From the NCBI RefSeq assembly GCF_006345805.1, contig NW_021824766.1:1-17736 (forward strand): a stretch of DNA of 17,736 nt. Direction: 5' to 3'. Source of the stretch: Octopus sinensis. Taxonomy: Eukaryota. Below, piece after piece: positions 1 to 10,633 of the stretch. A program made the translations under genes and the position numbers. The first letter of the stretch is position 1. Each line of letters starts with the position of its first letter. A model generated the notes under the pieces. That model did no database searches, was not told the origin of the DNA, and was given only the letters and a program-made list of their open reading frames with translations.

Positions 1-158
1 ATCAATTGCACAAACGGCTCCGTTCACTTTACGCTTGCTTGCAATAACTTTACATCGCAGCTCTTTAATGGCACTAGACATGTTTTTCGTGCAGCTGTTA
101 CTTACTTGCATATTGTTGTTGTTGAATAACTAGTGCAATTTTTAGTCGTTCGGAAGCT

Positions 159-970
159 ATTTTCTGATTAAACAACCGAAATATTTTGCTAGCTAAGTTT
201 TACACCTGTATCGTAAAAGTTTTTCTCTCTCTAATGAAAGAATATTTCTTGAAAGCAATTTTTCACAATCTGTTTGACGAAAATAACATAAAGGTCAGAT
301 AGAGTTGCATGAAAAACATGCTATGTGTCAGTAAGAGACATAGTGTGAAGATACCACAGACAGCAGAAAAGTATACGGAGCTGATGAGCATTTCGTGAAC
401 TATAGGACTGTGGCTTCTTTAAGGACAAATGATTATAGAATATGGTAAAACAGGTTGGTATCGCCATTGACAGGCATTAACGACCTATATTGATAAGGCT
501 CAGGGCACGATTTTAAATGTTGACTGCACCAGCAGACCAACTCACCCTATTAACGCCATCCAGTAAGACACTTTCAAAGTATGTTTGGAAATAAAGAGAC
601 GGAAGGGAAACTACCCAGCTTGCACTGGTTGTATTAGATAAGGTACAATAATTTAGGAACAAATAAATGGAGTAGGAAGAAAATGGGAAAAAATTGTGTT
701 GAAATAGTGAAATCAATGACATTCGTTTACTTATGAAATCTTGGATACAGAGAGTGAAATAATAGCGACATAGCAAAATATACCGAAATTCTGTATTAAT
801 AAACGAAATTTCGCAGATGTATGACAGATAACATCAAATTCCTCTGATATTCACTGCTTACACTCGTAACGGTTGCGTGTATGGTTTGCAAGTGCTAACG
901 GCCCATCTAGATTTCTTCGCTGAAACTTCTTGGCATTTACGGATGACCGAGAGTTCGAACGAAACCACGA
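159..970 (+). mobile_element. Degenerate Penelope-like retroelement 3' fragment (post-RT linker, Cys-rich linker, GIY-YIG endonuclease, pseudo-LTR remnant); may extend to window start
   Basis: One frame from 159 reads IF*LN...IVKVFLSLMKEYF...FHNLFDENNIKVR*SCMKNM...KRHSVKI, matching the PLE pattern IWFNPP...GK.FL.LI..HF...LHKIFN.N.VKVSYSCM.N. With frameshifts it continues K*L*NMVKQV, TTYIDKAQG, FKC*LH, SKTLSKYVWK, LDKVQ and LDTESEIIAT*QNIPKFCIN, matching CL..N.VY / YIG / ST.LSKY.W / LN.RSE. Many stops. Confidence 0.8.
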
Positions 971-1051
971 ACCGGGTGTGTGTGAGTGTGTGTGTGTGTG
1001 TGCGCGCGCGCGCGCGTGCGTAGACATTTATAGACATATAAGAATATATGT

Positions 1052-1083
<32 letters not shown>

Positions 1084-1097
<14 letters not shown>

Positions 1098-1456
1098 GGC
1101 AGTTTGTCTGTGCGCGTTTCTGTGTGTCTGTCAGGTTGTACCCTCACCCTGACCACGGCTTTCAACCGATTCTGATGAAACTTGACACACACATAGCCCC
1201 ATGTCATAATTCAAAACTAACGCAGCGAAAATTTTGAAAAGTTCCCCCAGTTCTGAAAAAATCGATAAATTCGACATGGGGTCGAGAATCAGAAACACAA
1301 ACCGCAAAACGTCTAGGGGAGCAACTCCACCTTTTTTAACAAAAAAAATTTACCATATTTTTTTCCATTTTTTTTGCTATTTTTTGGCTATAACTCTCTA
1401 AAAATGCTTTATATTATTCCCTTACAAACCTGAGCAACGCCGGGCGATACTGCTAG
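1084..1456 (+). mobile_element. Non-autonomous Helitron (rolling-circle) element
   Basis: Ends in CTAG (1453-1456) followed by T, preceded by a GC-rich imperfect hairpin CCTGAGCAACGCCGGG (1429-1444). The 5' part TATATATAAA...GTTTGTCTGT...CAACCGATTCTGATGAAACTTGACACA is typical of invertebrate non-autonomous Helitrons. The 5' TC is not visible inside the (TA)n run. Confidence 0.75.
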
Positions 1457-1470
1457 TATATATATATATA

Positions 1471-1632
1471 TTACATTATGGCTGCCCCCTCGTTATCGAG
1501 TATGGCCATTGCAAGAAGCTTAACTGTTACTGGTGCTGTGATCGAATGTGACTTTTTAGCCCAGCTAAAGATCTACAATGTCTTGTACAAAATTGGCACC
1601 TAAAACCTTTACTGGTAATAGCCGGCTGTAGT
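1471..1632 (-). mobile_element. 5'-truncated RTE-clade LINE 3' end (C-terminal C2H2-like motif + 3' UTR)
   Basis: Minus strand encodes FRCQFCTRHCRSLAGLKSHIRSQHQ*, the RTE ORF C-terminal CxxC...SxxGLxSHxR motif. It is followed by ATGGCCATA-CTCG-ATAA-CGAG-GGGGCAGCC-ATAATGTAA, a short stem-loop plus tail like RTE 3' ends. Bounded by TA-rich repeats. Confidence 0.75.
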
Positions 1633-1746
1633 ATATATGCACATACATATATACACATACATGTATATATACACATACATGTATATATACACATACATGT
1701 ATATATACACATACATACATACACACATACACACATACATACATAA

Positions 1747-1803
<57 letters not shown>

Positions 1804-1856
1804 TCTATGTATGTATGTATGTATGTATGTATGTATGTATGTATGATGTATATGTA
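1632..1856. repeat. Compound (TA)n/(CATA)n/(TATG)n microsatellite including three 18-bp ATATATACACATACATGT units
   Basis: Directly visible. Confidence 0.9.
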
Positions 1857-2089
1857 GATCACCATTATTCTTCTCTGCGTCTTCTTCATAATCATCATCA
1901 TCATCATCATCATCATCTGACTGAGCTGGCTCGGATCTGCCCTCATGGATTATACCATCCTCGACTGTTCCGGAGTACTACCTGCCCCGGCAGGTAAACA
2001 AAGTAACAAACCGTGACGGTACCCAGGTGGTCAAGGAAGGCTTTCACTGCAAAGTGGTTTGGTCGTACCTCTGTGAAAATGCTAACGAC

Positions 2090-2627
<538 letters not shown>

Positions 2628-2749
2628 TGTTGTTTTTCAAATCTCTTTCATTCTCCAATACACAGCACCCGCTACATACAGACACAACACTGTATGCCCC
2701 ATGTGTGTGTGTGTATTTAAGGATATAGGTATATAATACGGCATGTATC

Positions 2750-2951
2750 TACACATACACACACACACACCACATATTATATATATATATATATATATAT
2801 ACATATATAATATTATATATAATATATATATAGTATATATATATATATTTATATATATATATATTTATATATATATATATAGTTATATATATATATATTT
2901 TATATATATATATTATTTAAATATATATAATATATATATATAATATATATA

Positions 2952-3009
<58 letters not shown>

Positions 3010-3045
3010 TATATATATGTTATATATTATATTATATATATATAT
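2750..3045. repeat. (CA)n/(TA)n microsatellite
   Basis: Directly visible. Confidence 0.95.
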
Positions 3046-3206
3046 CCCAAGTATCGAAAAATGAGAGGCATATATGTGTGTATGCATGTGTGTGTGTGTG
3101 TGCGTTATTTATTTTTCTAAGTATTATTGCTTTTCAACATGGCTTAATTGGTAAAATAGCGAAATGGAATGAAAGCTCAAGATGTCGCTATGATTGGCAA
3201 GTTTAG

Positions 3207-3380
3207 CGGTGGCGGTGGTGGTGGTGGTGGCGGTGACGGTGGTGGTGGTTTTGGTGGTGGTGGTGGTGGTGGTGGTGGTATTCGTGGTGGTGGAGGTGGT
3301 GGTAGAGGTGGTGGTGGCGGCGGCGGCGGCGGTTGTGGTGATGGTGGTGACGGTGTAGGCGGCGGCGGCGGTTGTGGTGG
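3207..3380. repeat. Imperfect (GGT)n/(GGC)n repeat
   Basis: Directly visible; source of the poly-Gly/Pro/His ORFs. Confidence 0.9.
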
Positions 3381-3454
3381 CAAGCTTTCCACTCCACCTT
3401 TCCGCCACCCGTTTATATAACCGTGTGAAGCGAACCATCGGGATGGGGGTTGTA

Positions 3455-3542
3455 CTTTATGTCGTTGTTCGACCTGCTAGAAATAAGAGTAGAATCTCTC
3501 TCAAATTATGTTATACCACCTTATGTAAAGGAAGCATAGATT
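3455..3542 (+). mobile_element. SINE-like interspersed repeat fragment (family shared with 11790-11890)
   Basis: TTCGACCTGCTAGAAATAAGAGTAGAATCTCTCTCAAATTAT aligns by eye to CTCGATTTACTAGAAATAGCAGTCAAATTTCCATCAAATCAC near 11814-11855. Confidence 0.55.
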
Positions 3543-3582
3543 GAGTATACGATTTTGTCTCTCTCCCTCTTTCAATATGCAC

Positions 3583-3638
<56 letters not shown>

Positions 3639-3770
3639 CTGTTGTGTCTGGGGAGAGCCATTCTCTTTTAGTACCTTATTATTTAACATACTCACCGGTA
3701 AAATTTCCACTTATTTCGTCTTTTTATTTTCCTAAAATTTTCGTTGCGTCTTGCAACCTTTTCAAAAAAA
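3639..3770 (-). mobile_element. Short PLE pseudo-LTR-like island with variant hammerhead motif, between (TAA)n runs
   Basis: Minus strand 3765-3733: TTGAAAA G GTTGC AAGAC GCAAC GAAA ATTTTA, i.e. non-canonical 5' core, 5-bp stem II and GAAA. Confidence 0.45.
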
Positions 3771-3795
3771 AAATACTAATAATAATAATAATAAT

Positions 3796-4847
3796 ATCCT
3801 CTAATGAAGCTTTTGCACCAGCATGATAAAGTAAAGAAGCTATACTCGGTATACAAAGAATCTGTACAGTTTAAGAAACAACTGATGAAGGAGGAACCCA
3901 GGATGAAGGTGAGTGAGAAAGTAACCCAGTTTGCTAAAAGAGTTAAGGAAGAGATGAAGAAAAACAAGCCCAGAAGAAGAGCAAAGAAGAATGGCTAGAA
4001 AAACCAATGCATGGCCGATACCCATGTAGAGTGAACAAACCAGACGCAGAAAAAGGAGACACTCATGCATGGATGAAGAGCTCAGGACTGAAGGCTGAAA
4101 CGGAAGGTTTTATCATAGCAGCATAAGATCAAAGCTTGGCAACCAGGGCTTACCACAACAAAATATTGAACGATGGCACTGACCCGAAATGCAGAATGTG
4201 TCCTGAGCAGGATGAAACAGTTGACCACATCTTAACTGGATGCACAGCGCTTGCAAAATCCGAATATATTCATAGACACAATAGAGTAGCGCAATATATC
4301 CATTAGAAGATATGTAAACACTACAAGCTTCCAACTTCACAAAGATGGTACCAGCATAAACCTGAAACTTGACCGGAAAAGATGATGTTAACAGTACTCT
4401 GGGACATACCAGTCAACATCGATAAAGAAATCAAGGCAAATAGGCCTGACATAATCATCAAAGATGGGAAAAATGAGAAATGCTTAATGATAGATGTGAC
4501 AATACCATCAGAGAGAAATGTGTCCATTAAAGAAGTTGAGAAGTTATTCAAGTAGAAAGGCCTAGAAATAGAAGTGACCAAGATGTGGGGAATGAAAAGC
4601 AGCACATCACCAGTGGTGATTGGAGCGTTAGGGCTAATTAAAAAGGGCCTTGATAAGCAGCTCAATAAATTCCCTTGCAGTGTTAACGTGGGAGAACGTC
4701 AGAAAATAGTGTTGCTAGGTTCCGCACACATTTTACGCCGTGTACTCTCCATGAGATGAGGACCTGCGGTGACCCTAGAGTCAAGAGATGACCCCGATGC
4801 AGAAGACAACGGACCATATTTTGTTTTAAAATAATAATAATAATAAT
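3796..4847 (+). mobile_element. 5'-truncated R4/Dong-clade non-LTR retrotransposon (CCHC knuckle + RLE endonuclease), pseudogenised
   Basis: Reads WLEKPMHG...WMKSSGLKAETEGFIIAA*DQSL...CRMCPEQDETVDHILTGC...RHNRVA...LWD...NRPDIII...IDVTIP...KEVEKLFK*...PVVIGALG...QKIVLLGSAHILRRVL, ending at stop 4757-4759. In-frame stops at 4124, 4304, 4370 and 4553; frameshift near 3990. (TAA)n on both sides. Confidence 0.92.
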
Positions 4848-4906
4848 CCTTTCTACTAAAGGCACAATCACAGAAACTTTGGGGAAGGAGATGAATCGAT
4901 TACATC
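4848..4906 (-). mobile_element. SINE 3' portion (same family as 5085-5265)
   Basis: GAAACTTTGGGGAAGGAGATGAATCGATTACATCG resembles GAAATTGTAGTGGAGGGACACAGTCGATTACATCG at ~5103-5137. Confidence 0.55.
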
Positions 4907-4935
4907 GGGAAAATAAAAATCGATTAAAATCCATG

Positions 4936-4986
4936 AAAGCAGTGCCCCAGCATGGCCGCAGTCCAATGACTGAAACAATTAAAAGT
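4936..4986 (+). mobile_element. SINE/LINE 3' tail fragment (CR1-like tail)
   Basis: GCAGTGCCCCAGCATGGCCGCAGTCCAATGACTGAAACAATTAAAAG; related sequence on the minus strand at ~9517-9560 and ~10789-10830. Confidence 0.6.
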
Positions 4987-5084
4987 TAAACATTAAAGAT
5001 GCTATTATATGCGTTCCCAAGACAGAAGCCTTCATAAACATTCATAAAAAGAGTATAGCAAACCCAAACGCGAGACCTTATAAG

Positions 5085-5265
5085 GTATGTCTTTGTAAGC
5101 TTGAAATTGTAGTGGAGGGACACAGTCGATTACATCGACCCCAGTGTTTTACTGGTACTTAATTTATCAACCCCGAAAGGATGAAAGGTAAAGTCGACCT
5201 CGGCAGAATTTGAACTCAGAACGTAAAGACGGACGATATGACCCGAAGTATTTCGCTCAGCGTGA
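5085..5265 (-). mobile_element. tRNA-derived SINE with MetaSINE-like core
   Basis: Minus strand has a B-box GAGTTCAAATTC (5217-5206) followed by GAGGTCGACTTTACCTTTCATCCTTTCGGGGTTGATAAATTAAGTACCAG. Two more copies at 14578-14772. Confidence 0.8.
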
Positions 5266-5721
5266 ATTGTTTTAGGAATAATGTGCGATTTTCAGAATCT
5301 GTTTTATTTTCTTGATTATTCTTTGACTTATTTTGAATAAAATGAAATATTTTGACATTTCAGAAGAGGTTAATAACAGTTTTTTTCGGCTTTACGCTTA
5401 GCTTCGCATCTTTCCTCTCAGAGTTTATTTGTAACAAGAATATATGAACGAGATTATTGCGGAGAAGAAAAATACCACCTCTGTTTCTCTTTCTCTTTCC
5501 TTCTCTCTCCTTGTTTCTCTCTCTCTCTTTCATATTTTCCCTCTTTTTCTTTCTGTCTCTCTCTTTCTCTGCTATCGAGCCACCGTATTTTTTACCCTCA
5601 GCCTGCAAAGATTAACTTACTTCTGCTTGGAGACGAGACAGAACTATTCACCATTTACAGGCACATCCTGCTACATACCTATTTGTATAATATATATATA
5701 CATTCAAAATGTGACCGCGTG

Positions 5722-5919
5722 TGTACCGTTGGTGATTTTTTTCCTCTGTCTTCCCTTCTCTGGATCTTTCCTTTTCCTATGTTTCCGACGAAAGAGCTCC
5801 GCTCGAAACGTTAACCCCTCCTTCTTTCCTTCTTCCATGAGCGTCCAATAATACTATATTTGTTCCACGTCCTCGCGTTGTTGTGTTTTTTTTTGTGCTT
5901 TCATGTTTGGATTAACTTT
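5722..5919 (+). mobile_element. PLE pseudo-LTR / retrozyme-like island with hammerhead motif, ending at (TA)n
   Basis: 5781-5816: GTTT CCGACGA AA GAGC TCC GCTC GAAA CGTT AACC, followed by a T-rich tail that runs into (TA)n. Confidence 0.6.
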
Positions 5920-6568
5920 ATATATATATAGATATATATAGATATATTATATTTATATATATATATATATAATATATATATAATATATCTGTGTGCGTGC
6001 GTGTATGTGTGTTGTGTGGTGTGTTGTGTGTATATGTCTTTATACGCCGCATACATATATGTATGTATGTATATATGAGCGCTGCTCTCTATCACGCATT
6101 TCGAGTGCGATAGCGTGTGTTGCAGAGCAGAGAAGAGATAGGAAGGTAACATCATCGTCGATAAGGTCACAGGCTGTGACACGCAAGTTAATTAATGAAT
6201 TTTATAATCAACTAAGTAATTATCACATTAATTAACGATAAAACTGATGTGAACTACGACCAGTGCGTGTATTTCGATTGGTACGATGTTCCTCCCTAAA
6301 TACAACAATAATTCATCTACTTTATGTTGTAAGGTTCATTGTTAGTCGAACGGCATTGGTTAAGTAACAACACAATATGTCTGTGTGCAAGTAACGCGGT
6401 CACGTAGACAAAGAGGAAGTAGTTTGGGACGAGAAAGACACAATTCGGGAAAGTTTCATGAAATACTTTATTACGAAGGTAAAAAATCTTTCGACCAATG
6501 ATTAATTATCAAATCTTTCTGCTCCACAAAATGATTCTTTTCATGATGCTGGCTAATGAGTGTGTATG

Positions 6569-6655
<87 letters not shown>

Positions 6656-6661
6656 TTAGAT

Positions 6662-6735
<74 letters not shown>
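6569..6735. repeat. (GATA)n microsatellite
   Basis: Directly visible. Confidence 0.97.
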
Positions 6736-7114
6736 CGTACAAGCAAGTTAGGCAGACGACAAGAAGGGAGCGGAGTATAAAATATCACGTATGGGCAAGT
6801 GTGGGCGAGTGTATGTCGCCATGTTGAATGTTTAACCTCGGGCTAAGATCACCAAAATGGCGACGGTTTTCCCCAACGGGAACAATAGAGGCTAAAATAA
6901 GAGTGAGCAGAGACACGAAAGAAAGTCGTCTCAGCAATATTATTAATAGTAGAGAGACGGATAGGGAGAAAGAAAGAGGGACTGAGAGAGAGAGGAGGGA
7001 AAGAGAGAGATGTTATTGTGAATATTTGCCTGTTTTCTATTGAGTAATCACATAATAAGATGACTAGACATGAGCAGAATTCGTCTGCAGCAGTGGGACA
7101 TAGCACTTCAGACT

Positions 7115-7470
7115 GTGTATATATATGTATATGTATATACTTAAGGGAGCGTGTATATATATAAAAGATTGTGAATAAATGTGTATGTATGTATGTATGT
7201 ATGTATTCATATATATGTGTATGTGTGTGTATGTATATATATATATACATGTACATACATACACATATATATATACATATACATACATATATATACATAT
7301 ATATATATACATACACATATATATATACATACATATATACATACATACATATATATATATATATGTATGTTTGTATGTATGTATATATGGACAATCACTA
7401 CGGTAGTTGACTTGCTGTGAGAGCCATTTCACAAGTGTGTGTATATGACATATTGTCATATGACAATATG

Positions 7471-7515
<45 letters not shown>

Positions 7516-7520
7516 ATACT

Positions 7521-7573
<53 letters not shown>

Positions 7574-7800
7574 ATGTATGTATGTATGTATGTATGTATG
7601 TATATACCTGTATATATGAATATGCGCGCGTACGTGCATGCGCGAGTACGCATGTGTGTGTACATATCTATGCATTTATGTGTGTGTGCGTGTGTGTGTA
7701 TGTCTACGCATGTATATGTATGTATATATGTATGTATAAACACACATTCGCACACATAGCATACGCATACATATATATATGTATATGTATATGCATTATA
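7115..7800. repeat. Compound (TA)n/(TG)n/(TATG)n low-complexity tract
   Basis: Directly visible; one short unique interruption ~7390-7465. Confidence 0.9.
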
Positions 7801-7825
7801 CTATATGGATAGGTTGACAGGTAGT

Positions 7826-7892
<67 letters not shown>

Positions 7893-7913
7893 GTAGATAG
7901 ATAGATAGATAGG

Positions 7914-7964
<51 letters not shown>

Positions 7965-7965
7965 G

Positions 7966-8040
<75 letters not shown>

Positions 8041-8060
8041 GTAGATAGATAGATAGATAG
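7826..8060. repeat. (GATA)n microsatellite with GGTA variants
   Basis: Directly visible. Confidence 0.97.
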
Positions 8061-8279
8061 AAATAACAAAAAGGAAGAGAGACTAGTGATGGAAACCTAA
8101 ATAATAAAACCAAAGTAACGGGAGTTAAAACGAAACAAAACCTCAACGAATGAGAGACAAACGAGAATTGAAAAAAAAATGAAGTTAAATTAAGTTGGAA
8201 TGAAGATAGTGAAAATAAGGTTTCTTATGGATGTGACCTTAGTAATGGGATTGTGTTATAGGAGTGGGGGAGGGGAGAA

Positions 8280-8412
8280 GATGTGCGTGTGCGTGTGCGT
8301 GTGTCTACAAGAGTGTGTGTGTGTTCTGTGTTTTCTACATCGTGAAGACAACGTTCATATATACATATATAATAGGGTATATAATATATATATATATATA
8401 TATACAACATAC

Positions 8413-8444
<32 letters not shown>

Positions 8445-8619
8445 ATATATATATATATATAGGTATATATATGTATATCATACATATATATATGTATATA
8501 TAATAAATACATACATACATACATTACATACATCTATATATCATATTATATATATATTATATATGCAGACACACACCAACACACACTATATGTTTGTATC
8601 TATATGTAGTATGCATATA

Positions 8620-8670
<51 letters not shown>

Positions 8671-8985
8671 TACACTCCATATACATATATATATATAAAT
8701 GTATATATGTAGATACATATATATACATCCATTTATACATAAGTATATATATATATATACACACACGTATATATATACGCATATATATATATGCATATAC
8801 ATGTATATATGCATATATATGTAAATACGTACATATACATATATATACATAGATACATTCATAAATATACACATACACACATACATAGATATGTATGTTT
8901 CTGTGTATATATGTATGCATGCATGTACGTATGCATGTATGTATGTATTACACATGTATGTATATGCATGTGAGTGTGTGTGTTT
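8280..8985. repeat. Compound (TA)n/(CA)n low-complexity tract
   Basis: Directly visible. Confidence 0.9.
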
Positions 8986-9133
8986 CTGTTGTTTTCAACA
9001 AGATGTTACCTAATATAGCTCTATTGTATTGTATTTATTTAAACGTAAAAAAATAATTTAGACAAATACCACATTCCGTAGATAAATAAAGTAATAAACG
9101 GAGAAGGAAAGTGAGTGAGAAAGGGATAGTTAT

Positions 9134-9166
<33 letters not shown>

Positions 9167-9514
9167 AGAGATGGAGAGATGGAGAGAGGGGTTGGTGTAG
9201 GGAGAGTAAGAAATAAATAAACTCAACAATTTGTGTATGTCTTGTTTATAGACATGGGAAGTTGTGGTAATAGATTAGTAGATGATGGCAGCGAGGTGGT
9301 GGCGGGATGTGTTGGCGGTGAAATGTCATGTGGCAGGGAAAAACTATGGTAGGCTGTGTAGGAAATAATCTGTGTATAGAGGCATAATGGTCTTGGAAAG
9401 TTATCCGGTTGAAAATATTTCTTTGGATTTACATCTGATTGCATACATACTCTCGTACTCACACACACACACAGGTGTTTGAAAGAATGCAGATACATGT
9501 ATAAGTATGGAAAT

Positions 9515-9972
9515 ATGTTTGTGTCAGCTTGTAAACTTTGGCCCTGCTGGAGCACCGCCATTTGTGTTACTACAGTTTTACTGATTCTTCTTTCTTTAGT
9601 CGGAATTCGGTGAATGAGGGAGTTTGAAGTTATTTCCTTCACCTGTGTTTCTTGCGGTTCACCTGGAACTCGAGACAGCAGAACGGTTAATTCCTCTTTG
9701 AAGACATTTACATTCCCACCGTGTAGGTCTCTTAAGTCTTTCGGTAGAATATTGGAAAGAAGTGAGCCTTTTGACCCTAAACTATTACCGTGTCTGGCCC
9801 TAAACCTGGAAAGCGAGGAAGGGATCTTTGGCTCTATGCAGTGTTACCCTGTTCAACGTATTAATGTAGTTTTCAATGCCCAAGTTTGGTGCAAGCCCTT
9901 CCATGATGTTCTGGGATCTTCCAGTCATATATGACTGCATATCTTTCCAGTCTTCACTGCATATCTTTTCCA
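9515..9972 (-). mobile_element. 5'-truncated CR1-type LINE 3' end (ORF2 C-terminus + 3' UTR), pseudogenised
   Basis: Minus strand, with frameshifts: ERYAVIYDWKI / MEGLAPNLGI / G*HCIEPKIP...NSLGSKGSLLSNILPKDLRDLHGGNVNVFKEELTVLLSRVPGEP...TSNSLIH. This matches the invertebrate CR1 ORF2 end RERY.IIY.WKI.EG..PN...GP.LFN.LP..LR...FK..LD..L..VPDEP...SNSL. Confidence 0.8.
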
Positions 9973-10102
9973 TGTGGGGTGTGAGGGTAGGGGTGTAGGG
10001 TGGGTGGAGTGGATGTGTGTGTGGGGGTGATCAATGAAGAGAGAAGGTGGGTAGGAGTGAAGCGAGGATGTAGGTGTCACATGAAGAGAGAACAGGAGGG
10101 GA

Positions 10103-10300
10103 GTCAATGTAGTGACCAGTGAATCGCGAAAATATTTAGGCCTTAACGTAGCCAACAAACAGGTTAGCATAGTTGACACCCATTCTAGTTCCCATGGCCA
10201 CTCCCGAGAACTCTTGGTAAAAATCAGCCGAGAAGCAGTTGATGGAGAGAATAAGTTCGGCCAGACGAAGAAGTGTGGAGGTGTCAGGTTGGGGTTGGTT
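10103..10300 (-). pseudogene. Penelope-like reverse transcriptase core fragment
   Basis: Minus frame from 10300: NQPQPDTSTLLRLAELILSINCFSADFYQEFSGVAMGTRMGVNYANLFVGYVKA*IFSRFTGHYID. It contains the PLE RT motif GVAMGTxMGPxYANLF and a truncated YIDD. This frame is not in the ORF track. Confidence 0.88.
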
Positions 10301-10305
10301 TGATT

Positions 10306-10368
<63 letters not shown>

Positions 10369-10371
<3 letters not shown>

Positions 10372-10633
10372 TCACTTCATAACTTAAAATAGAATAGAAG
10401 ACCTGAAATCCACCTGATGAATGTCCTGAGAAGAGACATGAAACCAATTGTAGTGGCGAATATATTTTATTTAATTTATATTAAAATGTTTTTATGTATT
10501 GGATTAAGTCTTTCTTTGTTTGATTTGCAAACTAGGGTTTTGTCTCTAATTAATATTATAATATTTTACTATAAAATTGGATTCAATCCTAAATCTGATT
10601 TTCCCTGTAAATTTGGATTTATTCCCTAATATT

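Noticed and set aside
381-400. CTGATGAG...GTGAAC as a hammerhead
   Set aside because: No GAAA or proper stems, and it lies inside the PLE coding relic.
1172-1181. CTGATGAAAC as a hammerhead core
   Set aside because: No stem II; it is part of the common Helitron 5' motif.
1527-1946. 139-aa ORF as a zinc-finger gene
   Set aside because: Only the last ~33 aa are complex and match an RTE LINE C-terminus; the rest is microsatellite.
6471-8973. Many overlapping YIYI/IYLS/VCMY ORFs
   Set aside because: Artefacts of (TA)n, (TATC)n and (TATG)n repeats.
9925-10311. 128-aa ORF from the track as a gene
   Set aside because: It is an alternative frame across the PLE RT fragment and the CR1 junction.
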